From sequence record OP889247.1: a stretch of 64,000 bases of DNA. One strand, given 5' to 3'. The translations under genes and the position numbers were made by a program. Shown here one piece after another: positions 37,635 through 46,903 of this stretch. How positions within the stretch are numbered: the stretch's first letter is position 1; the number at the start of each line of letters is the position of its first letter. Under the pieces are notes generated by a model. It saw only the letters and a program-made list of their open reading frames with translations. It ran no database searches and was not told the origin of the DNA.

Positions 37635-38120
37635 ATGTCTGTTATTGAAAGTGTGACTGAATTGAAAACCTTGACTAAAGCTTGTTTGAAAACTGTAATG
37701 TTCCATAATGTCTTTCTCCAACCGGGAGATTACCAATTCCGTAAGCTTAAAGGTAATCTCCTTATGGAATTGAAAGTAGAACTCCTTGATGGTAAGCGAA
37801 TGCTCAACATCTACATTCACGGAAGTTCTGGTGAAAGTAAACAACTTCTATCACTTTCTCTAGGTGATTGTAAATCTTGGTACAATAAAGATTTCATCAG
37901 AGTTATCGAACAAGCTTTGGTAAAACAGATGTTTGTTCGTCTAGGTGAAACTAAACAGATGGTATTTGATGATCTCGATTACTATTATGTTTATACTAAG
38001 AAATTGGATAAAGTTATCTGTAACGAAGTAGAACAAGCTATGAACAATTTCCACTCCGGTCTAGGTAAAGTCAAAGCTCCGTTCCGCAAATTGCTCTCAG
38101 TACCAGTACAACTTGTTTAA
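37635..38120 (+). CDS. hypothetical early protein
   Basis: GGAG RBS after the promoter. Confidence 0.8.
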   Translation: MSVIESVTELKTLTKACLKTVMFHNVFLQPGDYQFRKLKGNLLMELKVELLDGKRMLNIYIHGSSGESKQLLSLSLGDCKSWYNKDFIRVIEQALVKQMFVRLGETKQMVFDDLDYYYVYTKKLDKVICNEVEQAMNNFHSGLGKVKAPFRKLLSVPVQLV

Positions 38121-38149
38121 ATAGATATTAAAAGTCTAGGGGAATTAAA

Positions 38150-38887
38150 ATGCAAGTAACCATTAAACAACTTATGCAAGCAACACCTTTGCTTAGTAAA
38201 GAAGTCCTTAACCGCATCAATAACTACATTGCAATTCGTAGCGGTAACTCAGTGCTACCTATCCAACCTTTTGAAATTTATGGGATTAAGTGTAAACTGT
38301 TGTTTTTGAAAATCCCGAATGGTGTAAAGGTTAGTTTGAACCTCGCTGAAAAGTTTAGTCTGGAAACTGAAATTCCTTCTGACACTTTCGGTAAGAAGAT
38401 CGATCCTTCTCACGTAGTTGAAATGATCAATGAAGGAATATTCGATTTTATCAGAAAGATTTTCTTTAAGATCCTAGCCTGCGATGTTAACAGTTTGCTG
38501 AAACAGTATCATGAAGCTGAAGTAGGTGATGTAAGTCATCTGTTCAATCACTATTATCCTTCAATCGAAGTTAAGAAGCGTAGTAATGGTTACTCTTACC
38601 ATAGTTGGGTAGGGATTCCCAAATCCGAAGAAGGGACGCTTCGTTATGAATCAGTTGTTCTGAATTCCAGAGATCATCACCTTAATGGAATCGGGAGTGT
38701 TAGTATTGTAGAAAACACTAGTACTTGGAAACTTACTAACTACGCTGATCACAATCCAACTACTGTTTCTACCGAACAAGATATCTACGGTTGCAAGGTA
38801 ATTGATAACTTTACCGATGATTTGACCTGGCTTTGCATGAAGGGTGATTATAATCCGGAATGGTTGGATAAGCTAGTTTCGATCTAA
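38150..38887 (+). CDS. hypothetical protein
   Basis: ORF in operon with RBS. Confidence 0.8.
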   Translation: MQVTIKQLMQATPLLSKEVLNRINNYIAIRSGNSVLPIQPFEIYGIKCKLLFLKIPNGVKVSLNLAEKFSLETEIPSDTFGKKIDPSHVVEMINEGIFDFIRKIFFKILACDVNSLLKQYHEAEVGDVSHLFNHYYPSIEVKKRSNGYSYHSWVGIPKSEEGTLRYESVVLNSRDHHLNGIGSVSIVENTSTWKLTNYADHNPTTVSTEQDIYGCKVIDNFTDDLTWLCMKGDYNPEWLDKLVSI

Positions 38888-38915
38888 TAACTCAAAATAG
38901 AAAGGGATAAACCTA

Positions 38916-39284
38916 ATGCAACAAGTAGATAGTAAGTTTGAAAAGAAGATGGTAGTGTTCCTCAACAGTTTGATTAATCAAACCAAGAAAAACAAGATTG
39001 AACTTAACAGTAAAGCCGAATTCACTATTGATGGTAAAACTGTTGTGTTCAGTGCCCTGCCTGAATACCGTAAATTTGGAACTCACCAAGTATGTAATTG
39101 GAATAGTCCTGTTTACAATAGCAACAAAGAAAGTGTTGTAGCTTCTTTCAAACTGAAATTGAACGGAAATATGTTTGGTAAGTTTAGTGTTCACGTGAAA
39201 CATGTGGTAGGAGATGTTCCTGAACAAGAACTTATTAAACTCTCTCGCGAAATGAAACAAACCGCATCGACTACTTTAAACTAG
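38916..39284 (+). CDS. hypothetical protein
   Basis: ORF in operon with RBS. Confidence 0.75.
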   Translation: MQQVDSKFEKKMVVFLNSLINQTKKNKIELNSKAEFTIDGKTVVFSALPEYRKFGTHQVCNWNSPVYNSNKESVVASFKLKLNGNMFGKFSVHVKHVVGDVPEQELIKLSREMKQTASTTLN

Positions 39285-39295
39285 TCTAGGAGATA

Positions 39296-39931
39296 ATGCA
39301 AATGGAAATGACTGTTAGCGTAACTGAGTTCACTGATAACACCACTTTATTTTGGCAAGGTGTTGAAACTGCTCGTAAGAACTTCAAACAAACCCAAGTA
39401 GTTGGGTTTAGCAACATCATTGAACTGAACGAAACTATTAAAGTGGAGTTCTGGAATCAGTGTAATGAAGAAGGTGATCTTACTGTAAGTTGTTTGGTTC
39501 CTGGTTTGGGTTCTTCCGGCACTCTGGGGTTTAGTTACACTGAAGTACAAGAAGAAGAGATTCCTGAAAAAGTGTATGGTAATCACCTGTTGATCTTTAT
39601 CAATAGCCTAGTTAAACATCTAGCCCACAAAGCTTATCAGCAGTGGTGTGAGGAGACTAAGTTTATACAGTACGTTGATCTTAACGATACTGATAAGATG
39701 ACTGAACTTCTTCCCAAAGGGTTTGGTATGGTATTGGAACCTGAAGTACGTGGTTATGATCTTCAAGTAGTAGATAGTGAAGGTCAGTTGTTATACCGTG
39801 CAGCAGGTGAAAACGTTCTGGACTTTGAAGAGAACATTTCCTGGGATAAACTCAAGCTGGAAATCAAACTTGCTTGGATGACTGTTTACATTAATGGTCT
39901 TGCTTTTAAAGATCTGAAAGTTGTTATTTAA
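39296..39931 (+). CDS. hypothetical protein
   Basis: AGGAG RBS; terminator at 39940..39969. Confidence 0.8.
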   Translation: MQMEMTVSVTEFTDNTTLFWQGVETARKNFKQTQVVGFSNIIELNETIKVEFWNQCNEEGDLTVSCLVPGLGSSGTLGFSYTEVQEEEIPEKVYGNHLLIFINSLVKHLAHKAYQQWCEETKFIQYVDLNDTDKMTELLPKGFGMVLEPEVRGYDLQVVDSEGQLLYRAAGENVLDFEENISWDKLKLEIKLAWMTVYINGLAFKDLKVVI

Positions 39932-40008
39932 ACCTATCTAGAGTAACCCAGGATCTCCTGGGTTACTCTTTTAAGTCTAGCTGAATAAGTACGATAGGAA
40001 TAATTATA

Positions 40009-40473
40009 ATGATGAAAGAAGGTAGGATAAGTTATGTGATAGATGGAAATAAAGTTGTATTCCATGATAATCAACTAAAGGGTAGCTTGGTATTGTATTT
40101 CAAACCTTTGAATCCTAAGCAAGGATCAGATTTGATGTATGGTACTTTAAACGATATCTTGTTATTATTAAAGAGAAAAGAACTCACCTTGGAGTTATTT
40201 GGTATCACCAGAATAGATGTTCAAAAAGACATTATTCTTAAAGGTAAGATTTTTCTTAAATCTAGTTTCTTATTTGATCCTGAATTGAACAATTCTAAGT
40301 TACACTTTGTTTCTATTAAAAGTCGCTGTGTAATTAACGAATCAGAGATTTCTCACTTTGGTGATACAAGACATGGATTAATTAGATTTGATCACTGTAA
40401 CATCTCCAAAGAAGATTTTGTAAGACTTCCCGCTGGAAGAGAAATTACTGTTATAAAGAACCAAATCCATTAA
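40009..40473 (+). CDS. hypothetical protein (paralog of 16616..17095)
   Basis: Shared KGSL...F and LTLELFG motifs. Confidence 0.8.
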   Translation: MMKEGRISYVIDGNKVVFHDNQLKGSLVLYFKPLNPKQGSDLMYGTLNDILLLLKRKELTLELFGITRIDVQKDIILKGKIFLKSSFLFDPELNNSKLHFVSIKSRCVINESEISHFGDTRHGLIRFDHCNISKEDFVRLPAGREITVIKNQIH

Positions 40474-40490
40474 TCTAGAAAGAGGTTATT

Positions 40491-41933
40491 ATGAACGCTA
40501 AATTTATTATTGAACAAATCGTCATGTCAATGTCGTTTTTGAAAGCTGATGTGTTCCGTGAACATAAATTTATTAAACAGGAAGATGAACATGGGATGTA
40601 TAAGTGCCTGAAGGCTGTTATTAATCATCCTGAAACTGGTTATTTGCAAAATAAGATCGGTGTCGCGACGACGTTAGAAACCATCAAAGGAAAACTAGGT
40701 TTTGCATTGTTCAATTGGAGTTATCTCCTGGATGTTCTCTCGGAGATTAACAAATTAGAAAATGTAGAAGAATACAAGGAAGTGTTGGAGAGTTTTTATT
40801 ATCACTTGGTAGAAAAGACTCATCTTACTAAAGTGGAACTTTTTCTAGGTGTTAAGAACCAAGATGACCGTGCGCTTCTACGCGAAATACTTGTGCGAGC
40901 TTTTCAAGGACAGTACTTAGATCTTCATTTATTTAATGAAACTATAGAACGTGCTTTTGATCTTAATCTAGACAAACAAATAGAGTTGCTTGTTGATGTC
41001 TTCAACATTCCACAATCCATGTATGAACAAATCCTAGAAAAACAAGATTCATATGAACGTCGAACTTTTACTATCAATTCACTACGTTCATTCTTATTTG
41101 ATAAAGAAACAGCTTCGTCAGAACCAAAAGGTGATTCTGTTTCAGATGACACCCAAGCGGTTCAGGAAATTCTAAATAAACCAATTAAGGACAAAGAGAT
41201 GAAACAAGAACAATTCTACACCAAACTGTATTTCTATTCTGATGCAAAACGCATTGTCTTCTCTGGTGGCAAGATCGAAGACATTGCTGAGTGTTTCTCC
41301 AAACTTTCAGTAGTTGATCAAGCTGACGTTTGTAACCAGTTCGGGATCACCATTACATCCATCAAACATGTTCCTGGAATTGCTACTGTACTTGCTACTA
41401 TGTTTATGAACATGGATATGCAGATTCTCAAACGTAAACTGTCTGATCTAGTTTCCCATGGTTATATTGGTGAACTTCACGGTCGGATTGAACAATGTGA
41501 GACCTGGGAAGATGCAAACAAACTTCACCAGTACGTGATGTCTACTTTTAATGGAATGCAAGTTGAAAGTGTCAAAGACATTATCGTTAAACACTTTGGA
41601 TTTGATAACCGTCATCAGTTCCAACACGATGGTACTCAGCTAGCAGGTTTCTTTGCTGGTGTTATCTTTGCTGACGCCATGTCTATGGTTCATCGTAAAG
41701 AAGAGTATCGTCATCAAGCAAGTCAAGAACACACCTATGATGGAGACTGCCCAGGTTGTTCAGAACAAAGAGAGATTCTGAATATTGCCAAGCAACCTAT
41801 CTTGAGTCTCAGTGCTGTAATTGACGCAATTAACAAATCTGATCTTGCTGATAATAATGGAAAGAAACCTAAACAACAGGTAAACCACCCAGTTAACACC
41901 CAACATCCACGGATCTTCATTATCAGACGTTAA
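40491..41933 (+). CDS. hypothetical helical protein with a C-terminal CxxC
   Basis: 480-aa ORF; GAGG RBS. Confidence 0.8.
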   Translation: MNAKFIIEQIVMSMSFLKADVFREHKFIKQEDEHGMYKCLKAVINHPETGYLQNKIGVATTLETIKGKLGFALFNWSYLLDVLSEINKLENVEEYKEVLESFYYHLVEKTHLTKVELFLGVKNQDDRALLREILVRAFQGQYLDLHLFNETIERAFDLNLDKQIELLVDVFNIPQSMYEQILEKQDSYERRTFTINSLRSFLFDKETASSEPKGDSVSDDTQAVQEILNKPIKDKEMKQEQFYTKLYFYSDAKRIVFSGGKIEDIAECFSKLSVVDQADVCNQFGITITSIKHVPGIATVLATMFMNMDMQILKRKLSDLVSHGYIGELHGRIEQCETWEDANKLHQYVMSTFNGMQVESVKDIIVKHFGFDNRHQFQHDGTQLAGFFAGVIFADAMSMVHRKEEYRHQASQEHTYDGDCPGCSEQREILNIAKQPILSLSAVIDAINKSDLADNNGKKPKQQVNHPVNTQHPRIFIIRR

Positions 41934-41941
41934 TGATTATG

Positions 41942-41969
41942 CCCTCTACACCTGCAAAGGTGTAGAGGG
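41942..41969 (+). terminator. terminator-like hairpin
   Basis: 12-bp stem with GCAA loop. Confidence 0.7.
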
Positions 41970-42004
41970 TAACCTAGTATATATTTAATTTTGTCTCTTC
42001 TATA

Positions 42005-42030
42005 TTTTTTCAAACATATATTATTATTGC
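42005..42030 (+). promoter_or_regulatory. early promoter
   Basis: TTTTTTCAAACA-TATATTAT. Confidence 0.7.
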
Positions 42031-42122
42031 GTACCAGTAGGAAGAGTTTTAATTTTGACTAAGGAGTTCATCATGTAACTATAATAGTATTATCCATCAA
42101 ACCAACGCACAGGGTCACTAGG

Positions 42123-42494
42123 ATGAACAAATCCGATTTAATAAAGAAAATATTCCTAGGAGAACTCTTTGAAGAAAAACCTAAGAGTTACCCCAAAGTT
42201 TATTTTATCAAAGGTATGTTGCGAGATGATAACTTAAGGTTCTTTTCTACGTTCAGATATCGGGTTAATAAACAAGATGTTATCATTGTGTCTATCAAGA
42301 TCGCTCTTGATAATCCAGAGAACAATGTCTGCGTTTCATTGATCCATATTAAACCAATGAAAAAGTTCACTAAATCGATATTTCGTAAATCCTATCGAGT
42401 TCTTTACAAAGGGATGGATGAGATCATTTCATCTTCATCTATTCTCCTTGCAGAGAAACTCGACAAGCTTGAGGAAAGCTTTAATGTCAAATAG
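42123..42494 (+). CDS. hypothetical protein
   Basis: 123-aa ORF. Confidence 0.7.
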   Translation: MNKSDLIKKIFLGELFEEKPKSYPKVYFIKGMLRDDNLRFFSTFRYRVNKQDVIIVSIKIALDNPENNVCVSLIHIKPMKKFTKSIFRKSYRVLYKGMDEIISSSSILLAEKLDKLEESFNVK

Positions 42495-42876
42495 TGTAGA
42501 AAAGTTAATCGTTATGATTAAGCAGGATGTGAGTGTGTTCCTTGATCATATCAAGGGTAAACCGTTTCCTTCTGAAATCAAAACTGAAGAAGCTAAAATG
42601 TTCAGTTTCAGTACTACATGTACCGGAACTGAATTTAAGATTTCTGTTACAGCTTTAAAGACAGAATTCCCAGGTAAGTTTCTGATATACATCAATACTG
42701 CATTTATGTCAGAACCTAAAACAAAAGAATCAATTATTATCCATGGTGTTCCACTTCACGGTACTTATGAGTCAACTCATGCTCTTGAGAATATCGAAAA
42801 AGAAGATCAGCTGGATAGTGAAATCTATCGACTGATTGAAGAATCTCTTGAGCAACACATCAGTCATGCTTTGTAA
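42484..42876 (+). CDS. hypothetical protein
   Basis: GAGGA RBS before ATG at 42484. Confidence 0.7.
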   Translation: MSNSVEKLIVMIKQDVSVFLDHIKGKPFPSEIKTEEAKMFSFSTTCTGTEFKISVTALKTEFPGKFLIYINTAFMSEPKTKESIIIHGVPLHGTYESTHALENIEKEDQLDSEIYRLIEESLEQHISHAL

Positions 42877-43000
42877 ACGCTCTGTATTGCGTTTAAATCA
42901 ATTTCTTTATTAAATACGTACGATTCAATACTTTAGAGAAAAGAATCGTTTACAAGAGCTCTCAGCTCGTTTTAATCAATATGTTATCTAGGAGAAGAAA

Positions 43001-43951
43001 ATGGATCGTTGCTTCAATATCTATGGTGCTGGTGGTGCTGGTATTAACATTCTGAACCAACTGCTTAAAGAGTCTAAGTCTCAGCAGTTTATCAAACAAG
43101 TAGTTGGTTTGGATACCTCTGACGCTAACCCAGCTATTGATGGTCTGTTTGAAATCGAACGCCTGGGAGATACTCGTGGTTCTGGTTCCGATAAGAGTGC
43201 CAACATCTCCCGTTATCCGGACTTCGTAAAACAAGTTCTGGCTAAACATCAACCTAATAGTATCAACATTGTAGTGTTCTCAGCAGCTGGTGGCTCAGGT
43301 TCAGGTATTGGTCCGTTCCTGGTACGTGCGATGTTGGAACGTGATATTCCGGTTCTGTCAGTAGTTATTGGTGATACAACTTCTATTAAGGAGTTTGATA
43401 ACACTATTTCTACTCTACGTTCTCTGAATGCACAAACCAAACTTGGTTGCCCAGTGCTGTTTGCATATCGTGAAAACCAGCTTGGTCGTACTCAAGGCGA
43501 AGTTAACCGCAATGTGTTGGAAGTAATTAACAACGCAATCATGATGTTCAATCTGCAAAACGAACGTATTGATTACGCTGATGTTAAGAACTTCTTCTTC
43601 TTTACCAATGTGGTTAAAGCAGATCCGATTCTTACTCAAGTGTCGTTCTGTAACGATGAGAATGTGAAAGACTACAAGCGTACTCCAGTTGCGTGCATCT
43701 CTCTGTTCAATGACATCGATCAGATCAAAGCTCCGTTTGATAATCTCCTGTATCGTAAAGCTGGTTTGTTCGGACCTGAAACAGAAGGTCTGATTAATGC
43801 AGCTCACGCTCTGCTTGATCACGGTTCTACTCTTAATGAGCTGGAAGTAATGATGAAGCAACAAGAGACCAAACAAGCTGAACTCTCTGGTAAATACAAA
43901 GTACAAAAAGATCTGAGCCAAGGTTCTGATGACCACGGTATGTTCTGTTAA
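43001..43951 (+). CDS. phuZ: phage tubulin PhuZ
   Basis: GAGGAGINI and GGSGSG tubulin/FtsZ signature; 316 aa; acidic C-tail. Confidence 0.93.
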   Translation: MDRCFNIYGAGGAGINILNQLLKESKSQQFIKQVVGLDTSDANPAIDGLFEIERLGDTRGSGSDKSANISRYPDFVKQVLAKHQPNSINIVVFSAAGGSGSGIGPFLVRAMLERDIPVLSVVIGDTTSIKEFDNTISTLRSLNAQTKLGCPVLFAYRENQLGRTQGEVNRNVLEVINNAIMMFNLQNERIDYADVKNFFFFTNVVKADPILTQVSFCNDENVKDYKRTPVACISLFNDIDQIKAPFDNLLYRKAGLFGPETEGLINAAHALLDHGSTLNELEVMMKQQETKQAELSGKYKVQKDLSQGSDDHGMFC

Positions 43952-43962
43952 TATAAATGGAG

Positions 43963-43988
43963 TAGAGGAGGGGATTAACCCTCCTCTA
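43963..43988 (+). terminator. terminator-like hairpin
   Basis: TAGAGGAGGG/CCCTCCTCTA stem. Confidence 0.7.
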
Positions 43989-43995
43989 ACTTATT

Positions 43996-44274
43996 ATGCA
44001 AATTCTTTTTAATCTGTCTAGTATAGGCAACAACTTAACTGTATTGTCGGAAGCTAAAGAGAGTTTGGCATATTCCATTTTACAAGACGCGTGTCTTGAC
44101 CATGGTATCCCTCTCCCACCTTCCCCGTATAGTAGAAGTCTCTCTCATGAACACAGTTATCTTTTTGAATTAGTAAAAGGATATGTGGATGAGAAACTAC
44201 TCACTGTACCTACCCCGAGTTATGCGACCTTAACCAACTTAGGTCATCTTCACTTTCAACTCGATATTACTTAA
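43996..44274 (+). CDS. hypothetical protein
   Basis: ORF in the PhuZ to DNA polymerase block. Confidence 0.65.
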   Translation: MQILFNLSSIGNNLTVLSEAKESLAYSILQDACLDHGIPLPPSPYSRSLSHEHSYLFELVKGYVDEKLLTVPTPSYATLTNLGHLHFQLDIT

Positions 44275-44280
44275 CAAGGC

Positions 44281-44766
44281 TTGGTTATGTTTCATATCGA
44301 TTACAATCTATTAAAATCACAAGTTGCTCTTACCTGTGTAATGTCAGGTGGACAAGCAACAGAAACTCTTGACTACAATAATGCAATCTATTACAGTAAA
44401 CTCGCTCTAGATTGTATTGTTCATGTTCTCAATGATAAAGTTAACAAACCTGACGACTCTTTCTACCTGTATTGTGAAGAGTATCACAAGAACGATTGTC
44501 AATTCACCTTCCTTGGCGAAATTGTGATTGGAATGGTGGTGGATATTAAAAGACAGTTCTACACCGCAGGTTTTGATCCCCGGTTGAAGTATAAGTTACT
44601 TGAACGGAAATTTAATAATATTCCTTGTTATCGTATTTGTATGGATTTGGAAGAGACGTTCCTCTTCTTTACTCCTAAGGAAGATAAGGAGGATGTTTCT
44701 CAAGCTGTATCTGATGACCCATCTCAGGAGATGTTAAATGAGCTCTTTGGGATTTACAGTCATTAA
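44281..44766 (+). CDS. hypothetical protein
   Basis: ORF in the conserved block; start uncertain. Confidence 0.7.
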   Translation: MVMFHIDYNLLKSQVALTCVMSGGQATETLDYNNAIYYSKLALDCIVHVLNDKVNKPDDSFYLYCEEYHKNDCQFTFLGEIVIGMVVDIKRQFYTAGFDPRLKYKLLERKFNNIPCYRICMDLEETFLFFTPKEDKEDVSQAVSDDPSQEMLNELFGIYSH

Positions 44767-45184
44767 CTTCACCAGCTTCTTTCCGTTTATAGAACAAGCT
44801 ATTGATGAGAAAGGAATGTACTCATCAAGAATGATAGTTAGAAAAGATTATCCATTCCTTGTTCCTGCGTTTCAAACCTATCTAATTAGAAAGTGTGGAG
44901 TATTCTCTCTAGTTGGTTATGTGGAAGAACCGGTATTAACATCCTGGTTTGATTTTGAAACGTTAATAGAAGAGTTTGATGATTTACTACTGCAGTTTAG
45001 AGAATACCTTATTTCAAATTTAGGACTGGATCTACAAGCCAGGTATACTCTGGTTCGTTATCTGGATAATTTCAACTTTATCATTGCACAAGGGGAACAG
45101 GATGATCCGGTACTCGACCACCAACATTCATCCCTTGTGGATGATTGTGAACAAATGGTCACTGAATGCGACCCGTTTCTTTGA
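44738..45184 (+). CDS. hypothetical protein
   Basis: AGGAG RBS; overlapping ORF. Confidence 0.7.
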   Translation: MSSLGFTVINFTSFFPFIEQAIDEKGMYSSRMIVRKDYPFLVPAFQTYLIRKCGVFSLVGYVEEPVLTSWFDFETLIEEFDDLLLQFREYLISNLGLDLQARYTLVRYLDNFNFIIAQGEQDDPVLDHQHSSLVDDCEQMVTECDPFL

Positions 45185-45395
45185 AATAGCACAAGAGTAT
45201 GTTCAAAATCGTAATCCTGAAGTATTATCTATCAGATTACAAATGTTGGAACCTACTCAAGGATTTATGTTAAACCAAGAAGTAAGACAACAACTTGATT
45301 TACTTATCCAAACATTAGATTCCACTGAAGAGTGGCAGAAGTGCTATTTTGAAAATCAACAGTTTATTGTTATAGAAGGACAATTGAATGTCTGA
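45084..45395 (+). CDS. hypothetical protein
   Basis: Coupled ORF; likely ATG at 45102. Confidence 0.65.
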   Translation: MHKGNRMIRYSTTNIHPLWMIVNKWSLNATRFFEIAQEYVQNRNPEVLSIRLQMLEPTQGFMLNQEVRQQLDLLIQTLDSTEEWQKCYFENQQFIVIEGQLNV

Positions 45396-45690
45396 ACCTA
45401 AAATCTATACCCAACTGATTACATTCCCAGGTATTCCTATTGAGACTGTAACAAATGCTGTCGGTCTCCTGATGAATGTACATGGTGTACAACATCAACT
45501 GACAGTTAACCCAGAAGGGTTCTCTAGTGATGCACTAGTAACAGGTAATGAAGTAGCAGATATCCGCGCCACTAATCAATATCTGGAACTTAACGGATTG
45601 CTTGGTGGACTTTCTCGTGACCATGAGCTGGTAACTTGTGATACTAAGTCAGATGGTAAATGTCTACATCTGACTCTCACTTGTAAGTAA
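45388..45690 (+). CDS. hypothetical protein
   Basis: AAGGA RBS. Confidence 0.7.
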   Translation: MSEPKIYTQLITFPGIPIETVTNAVGLLMNVHGVQHQLTVNPEGFSSDALVTGNEVADIRATNQYLELNGLLGGLSRDHELVTCDTKSDGKCLHLTLTCK

Positions 45691-45699
45691 GGACACGAC

Positions 45700-46332
45700 A
45701 TGTTTGTCTACCTTAATGCGTTTAATTACGATGAACTCATTGGGGGAATCGTGGAGCGTTTAGGAATTCAAGACGAACCTTTGACCTATGAGATATTGTT
45801 AAAGGCGTTCAAGAGTGTTTCAGAACGTTTAAAACGAAGGAAGAAATTTCTTTCCTCTGCCAATGAAGATCCGGATAAAATAGTTGAACGGCTGGCCGAT
45901 CGTTTTTTAGAACTGGTCAGGATTTCTCCCCACTTTAATGACGAAACCAATTCATTTGATTTCCTTTTTGCAATAATAATGAAATCAAAACCCCAAAGCG
46001 TTTGGGAAGGTTATGAAATCTACCAGATTCTTTCCGAGGTTCACCAAGAAGTCGGTAACGATCAAGATGGGTATTACTTGGACATGGATCCAGAAGAAGC
46101 TTTAGCTATCGCTGAAACCATTCTTGACTTTATTGAATATAATAAACTAATAGGAGAAGATCCCCTAGACTCTTTCTTAGAGGAACATATCAAAAACCAA
46201 TTGATTGGTGATGAACCTGGTTCTTTACAGTTAGAAGTAATAGATTCACCAGGTAAAGTAGTGACCTATGGAAATGCTTTGATTACATTCCCTCTATTAC
46301 TTGCCAAGGTTGAGCACTATGAAGTTATCTGA
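45700..46332 (+). CDS. hypothetical acidic protein
   Basis: AAGGA RBS. Confidence 0.75.
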   Translation: MFVYLNAFNYDELIGGIVERLGIQDEPLTYEILLKAFKSVSERLKRRKKFLSSANEDPDKIVERLADRFLELVRISPHFNDETNSFDFLFAIIMKSKPQSVWEGYEIYQILSEVHQEVGNDQDGYYLDMDPEEALAIAETILDFIEYNKLIGEDPLDSFLEEHIKNQLIGDEPGSLQLEVIDSPGKVVTYGNALITFPLLLAKVEHYEVI

Positions 46333-46741
46333 AATCCAAAAAGGTGATCTAGTTAATTTCGATATGATTACTCCAGGTATCTTTGGAGATCAATATCGAG
46401 GTGTTTTGGTAGCAGGTGTGGTTGATTATACAGTAGCTTCTAGTATTGATCCAGAGCTTAATGTAAAACACCAAGCTTTCTATCCGATGTTTAAAAACAC
46501 CGTGGATAACGTTAATGATCCGTCTCGTTACGACTATCTGCTTATTAGACCAGACCCCACCCAATCTAATCTCTTGGTTATCGGCTATCCCTGGATTAAT
46601 CCAAGTTCCCTAGAAGTAACTAAAGGTCGTTCCGCCCTTATTACTATTACTACTTGGGAACAGCGCTTTGAAAGTCCTTTAAAAGACTTTCTGGCTAATC
46701 TAGGCGTACCTTACACCATTGACATCCGTGATAAGTCTTAA
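46319..46741 (+). CDS. conserved phiKZ-like protein (gp49-like by synteny)
   Basis: Immediately upstream of the DNA polymerase gene; ATG at 46319. Confidence 0.6.
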   Translation: MKLSEIQKGDLVNFDMITPGIFGDQYRGVLVAGVVDYTVASSIDPELNVKHQAFYPMFKNTVDNVNDPSRYDYLLIRPDPTQSNLLVIGYPWINPSSLEVTKGRSALITITTWEQRFESPLKDFLANLGVPYTIDIRDKS

Positions 46742-46757
46742 CTCCTTTTAACTAATT

Positions 46758-46791
46758 CTAACCTAACCTCCTTAATTGGAGGTTAGGTTAG
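46758..46791 (+). terminator. intrinsic terminator
   Basis: 14-bp stem plus T-rich tail. Confidence 0.75.
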
Positions 46792-46903
46792 TCTTTACCT
46801 TTGTTCCCTTTTTTATCTTTTCACCACGATTACAATTTAGTAGCGAACTAAACATTTAACCTCCTATCATTTGTTTTTCATAATTTCTGTTGAGGGAACA
46901 GTT

